Of a DNA stretch of 64,000 nt, positions 61,440 to 64,000 are shown one piece after another; the first letter of the stretch is position 1, and the number at the start of each line of letters is the position of its first letter. This stretch comes from Chiloscyllium plagiosum (taxonomy: Eukaryota): NCBI RefSeq assembly GCF_004010195.1, contig NC_057719.1, positions 50,324,302-50,388,301 of the forward strand. Reading direction: 5' to 3'. A program made the position numbers and the translations under genes. The notes beneath the pieces are model-generated. The model did no database searches. It saw nothing but the letters and a program-made list of their open reading frames with translations, and had not been told where the DNA came from.

Positions 61440-62180
61440 AAGACATAAAATACGGGGTACAATTCAACAGGGCATGCAGGAGCAGCAGTATATGTACACA
61501 GAACTTTGAAGTATCAGGACATGTGGAGTGAGTAGATAATAAAAGCATATACAGCCCTCTGCTTTATTGACCAGGCCATGGAATATAAAAGCAAGGAAGT
61601 ATTGTTGAACTTGTACAAAGACACTTATTAGACCTCAGCTGGAGTATTCTGTACAGTTGTGGATGCCACATGATAGGAAAGTTGTAAATGTATTCCAGAG
61701 AGTGCAGAAACAATTTACATTGTTACATTGTCCTGAAATGAGAAACTTCAGTGACAAGTACAGATTGAAGAAGTTGGGGCTGTTCTCTCTGGAGAGAAGA
61801 AAGCTGAGAGGAGATTTGTTAAATGTTTTCAAAGTTGAGAGTGGGCTGGAAAGAGTAGATGGGGAGAAGCTGTTCCCCCTTGTGAAAGGAGCACAAATAA
61901 GAGGGCATAGATTTAAAGTGTTAAAGCAAAAGAAGCAAGGGTGATGTGAGAAAAGAACTTTTCCATAGAGCTAGGAGCTAATGTATGGAAGGTACAGAAT
62001 GGAACTGTGGTGAGGCAGATTGAATCAGGCATTCAAAAGAGTGCCAGGTGATTGTTTGGATAGAAATGGTGTGTAAAATTATTAAGGGACAAGCAGGAGA
62101 TTGGTAATAATAAGTTTTGAAAAGCTCATGCAGGCAAGATGGGCAAATGGCCTCTTTCTATTCTGTAATAATTCTGTGAT
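61440..62180 (+). mobile_element. CR1-clade LINE 3' part
   Basis: RLKKLGLFSLERRKLRGDLLNVFK...IRGHRFK. Confidence 0.85.
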
Positions 62181-62479
62181 GTAAAACTTTGTTCATAACA
62201 ATACTTTCTCATCTGTCACTTCTTTGAAAAAAAAATCACTTGATGTAGTCCAATTTCCTTTTTAAAAAGTCCGAAGTAGATTATAGAAGTCACTGTAACA
62301 AAGAGGTCATTGAGGTAGCTAGCATAGGCAAATTTATAAGCAAATCTAGATAAAGACGTAAAAAAGGACAAGAAATTTGCGAGTTAGTTTTTAAACAATG
62401 TTATATACATGTTAAGTCGAATGCTGTCAATGCGATCACTTCTGATATAATGTTTTATTCTGTGTGTATTTTCAAACCA

Positions 62480-63165
62480 AGTGACTTGGTTTCATGTACT
62501 TCTTTTATTTGATCCTTTGAATACTGATAACTTTGAAACGAACTGTAATCTTGGAATGCACCAAATCCTGTTTACCTATGTATTCATTGGTCTGCATTTG
62601 TTCCTGGTCCTCCAGCACCCCAAATTTAAAACTTTTAGCCTCCTTTGTAATACCTTCCAAAGGCTCACTACCTCCGGCTCGACAATTTTCTGAGATTTCT
62701 GAACTTTCACCCTTCTGTTGTTGTGAAGAAAGTGAGGACTGCAGATGCTGGAGATCAGAGTTGAAAAGTGTGGCGCTGGAAAAGCACAGCAGGTCAGGCA
62801 GTATTCAAGAAACAGGAGAGTTGACGTATTGGGCATAAGCCCGAAACATCGACTGTCCTACTCCTCGAATGCTACCTGACCTGCTGTGCTTTTCAACTCT
62901 GATCTCCAGCATCTGCAGTCCTCGTTTTCTCCGAGTGAAGGGCTTATGCCTGAAGCGTCAACTCTCCTGCTTCTCGGATGCTGCCTGATCTGCTGTGCTT
63001 TTCCAGCACTATCCTTTTTGACTCCCTTCTGGTGTTGTGCATATACTTCATACATATCCCTCCACTGTAAGCTCTGAACTTTCTTACCGTCTCTAACTGT
63101 CTCCTTTAGGGTGTCCCATAAAGCTTGTCCTTTTCACAAAGCTTTTAGTCACCTGTCCTCGCACT
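62480..63165 (+). mobile_element. Old L2-like LINE 3' remnant hosting a PLE mini-element
   Basis: Pyrimidine-rich L2-like 3' region ending aagcttttagtcacctgtcc. Confidence 0.45.
62726..63023. mobile_element. Neptune-type PLE compound mini-element (inverted arm + two tandem arms, family 3)
   Basis: Fold-back centred on hammerhead stem II gggcataagccc (62831-62842); a third unit restarts at tgaagggcttatgcc (~62936); TSD cccttctgttgttgtg (62710-62725) / cccttctggtgttgtg (63024-63039). Confidence 0.87.
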
Positions 63166-63258
63166 TGATGACAGATTTTGCAATATTTTACCATGTAAAT
63201 TGCGCATTATAACGACAAGTTATTTCTAGGCAGTAATTTCAGTATTTTCAAAATACAG

Positions 63259-63454
63259 AATAAACAAGATCATGAAAAGAAAGATGATGACAAACAAAGT
63301 AAATCAAAACGTGGGCGCCCTAGTCTGAAATCTCCACCAACTACCAATTCTCAGCGTAGTTTATCCAGAACTCCAGGTAGTGAGGGGAAAAGTGGAACAA
63401 GAAATATGCGGAATAATACATCTGATTCTTCACCTCTTCTCAATGGAGTGGAAG
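63259..63454 (+). CDS. ARID4A: ARID4A exon with KRGRP (AT-hook-like) motif
   Basis: atacAG| acceptor, |GTatgc donor; NKQDHEKKDDDKQSKSKRGRPSLKSPPTTNSQRSLSRTPGSEGKSGTRNMRNNTSDSSPLLNGVE. Confidence 0.9.
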
Positions 63455-63849
63455 GTATGCACTTGTGAGCTGTATTTTACTGCTTTAGTTTCTCCTTAGC
63501 TTCTAATAATACATTTGATAATAAGTGCTATACGATATTGTATTCATAGAACCATTGCACTGTGGTTCATAGGCTCTGATTTTAATCTTATGCTTGCAAA
63601 ATCATTCATCTCTAATTTGCAAATAGTTAAAACTCCAAATATAAACTTGCGTAGTACAAATGTTCGACTGTTTGGGAATCTGCTATTAAATGATAAGGTG
63701 TAACTTTGAAGTTCAATTTTGAATTGATTTCTCATACTGATTTGTCTTTCAGTTGGTAAGCATACTTTTGGTCTTCTAGATTCATGTACATTTTAATCAA
63801 ATGTATATTATTCACTAAATGCTTAACTTTTGATATTTGCTTCTTTCAG

Positions 63850-63912
63850 GTCTTCCTCGAAGGCGCACCAGGCGTAGTTCTGGGATGTATGATTCTGACA
63901 AAGTATCAAATG
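63850..63912 (+). CDS. ARID4A: Probable ARID4A 63-nt symmetric (phase 1-1) exon
   Basis: strong ttctttcAG| acceptor, |GTatag donor; (G)LPRRRTRRSSGMYDSDKVSN; in phase with the previous exon; GC-richer than flanks. Confidence 0.75.
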
Positions 63913-64000
63913 GTATAGATGATTAGCTATTAACTTGAGCTATTAGTTATTTTGTATACCAGTAAATTAGATGAACATTTGTCCCAATTATGATTTTTAA

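Noticed and set aside
1..64000. CRISPR arrays, operons or other prokaryotic systems
   Set aside because: The sequence is a spliced vertebrate gene with dispersed retroelements; no regularly spaced repeats

Overview
Vertebrate nuclear DNA, almost certainly from an elasmobranch (shark), judged from HE1-type V-SINEs and CR1/HER1-like LINEs. The whole window lies inside one + strand gene that I identify as ARID4A (RBBP1). I traced 13 internal coding exons (4300-63912, 1751 nt). All have GT-AG boundaries and join in phase without stops, encoding the PWWP-like/RBB1NT region, the ARID domain, acidic linkers, the chromo-barrel (Tudor-knot) domain and the start of the C-terminal disordered region. The gene start and end are outside the window. 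Introns are dominated by retroelements: CR1-clade LINEs, an RTE-clade LINE, L2 remnants, seven HE1 V-SINEs and a short tRNA-derived SINE. The most striking feature is a set of about 14 Penelope-like element (PLE) insertions from roughly six families, most carrying a minimal hammerhead ribozyme motif (CUGANGA-stem II-GAAAC-GUC). Three motifs look intact: 380-413 (+), 3356-3389 (+) and 58702-58729 (-). Many insertions are tiny (90-560 bp) TSD-flanked fold-back palindromes whose inversion or truncation points cluster at the ribozyme core. Protein and repeat family comparisons are from recall, not database searches, and LINE boundaries are approximate.
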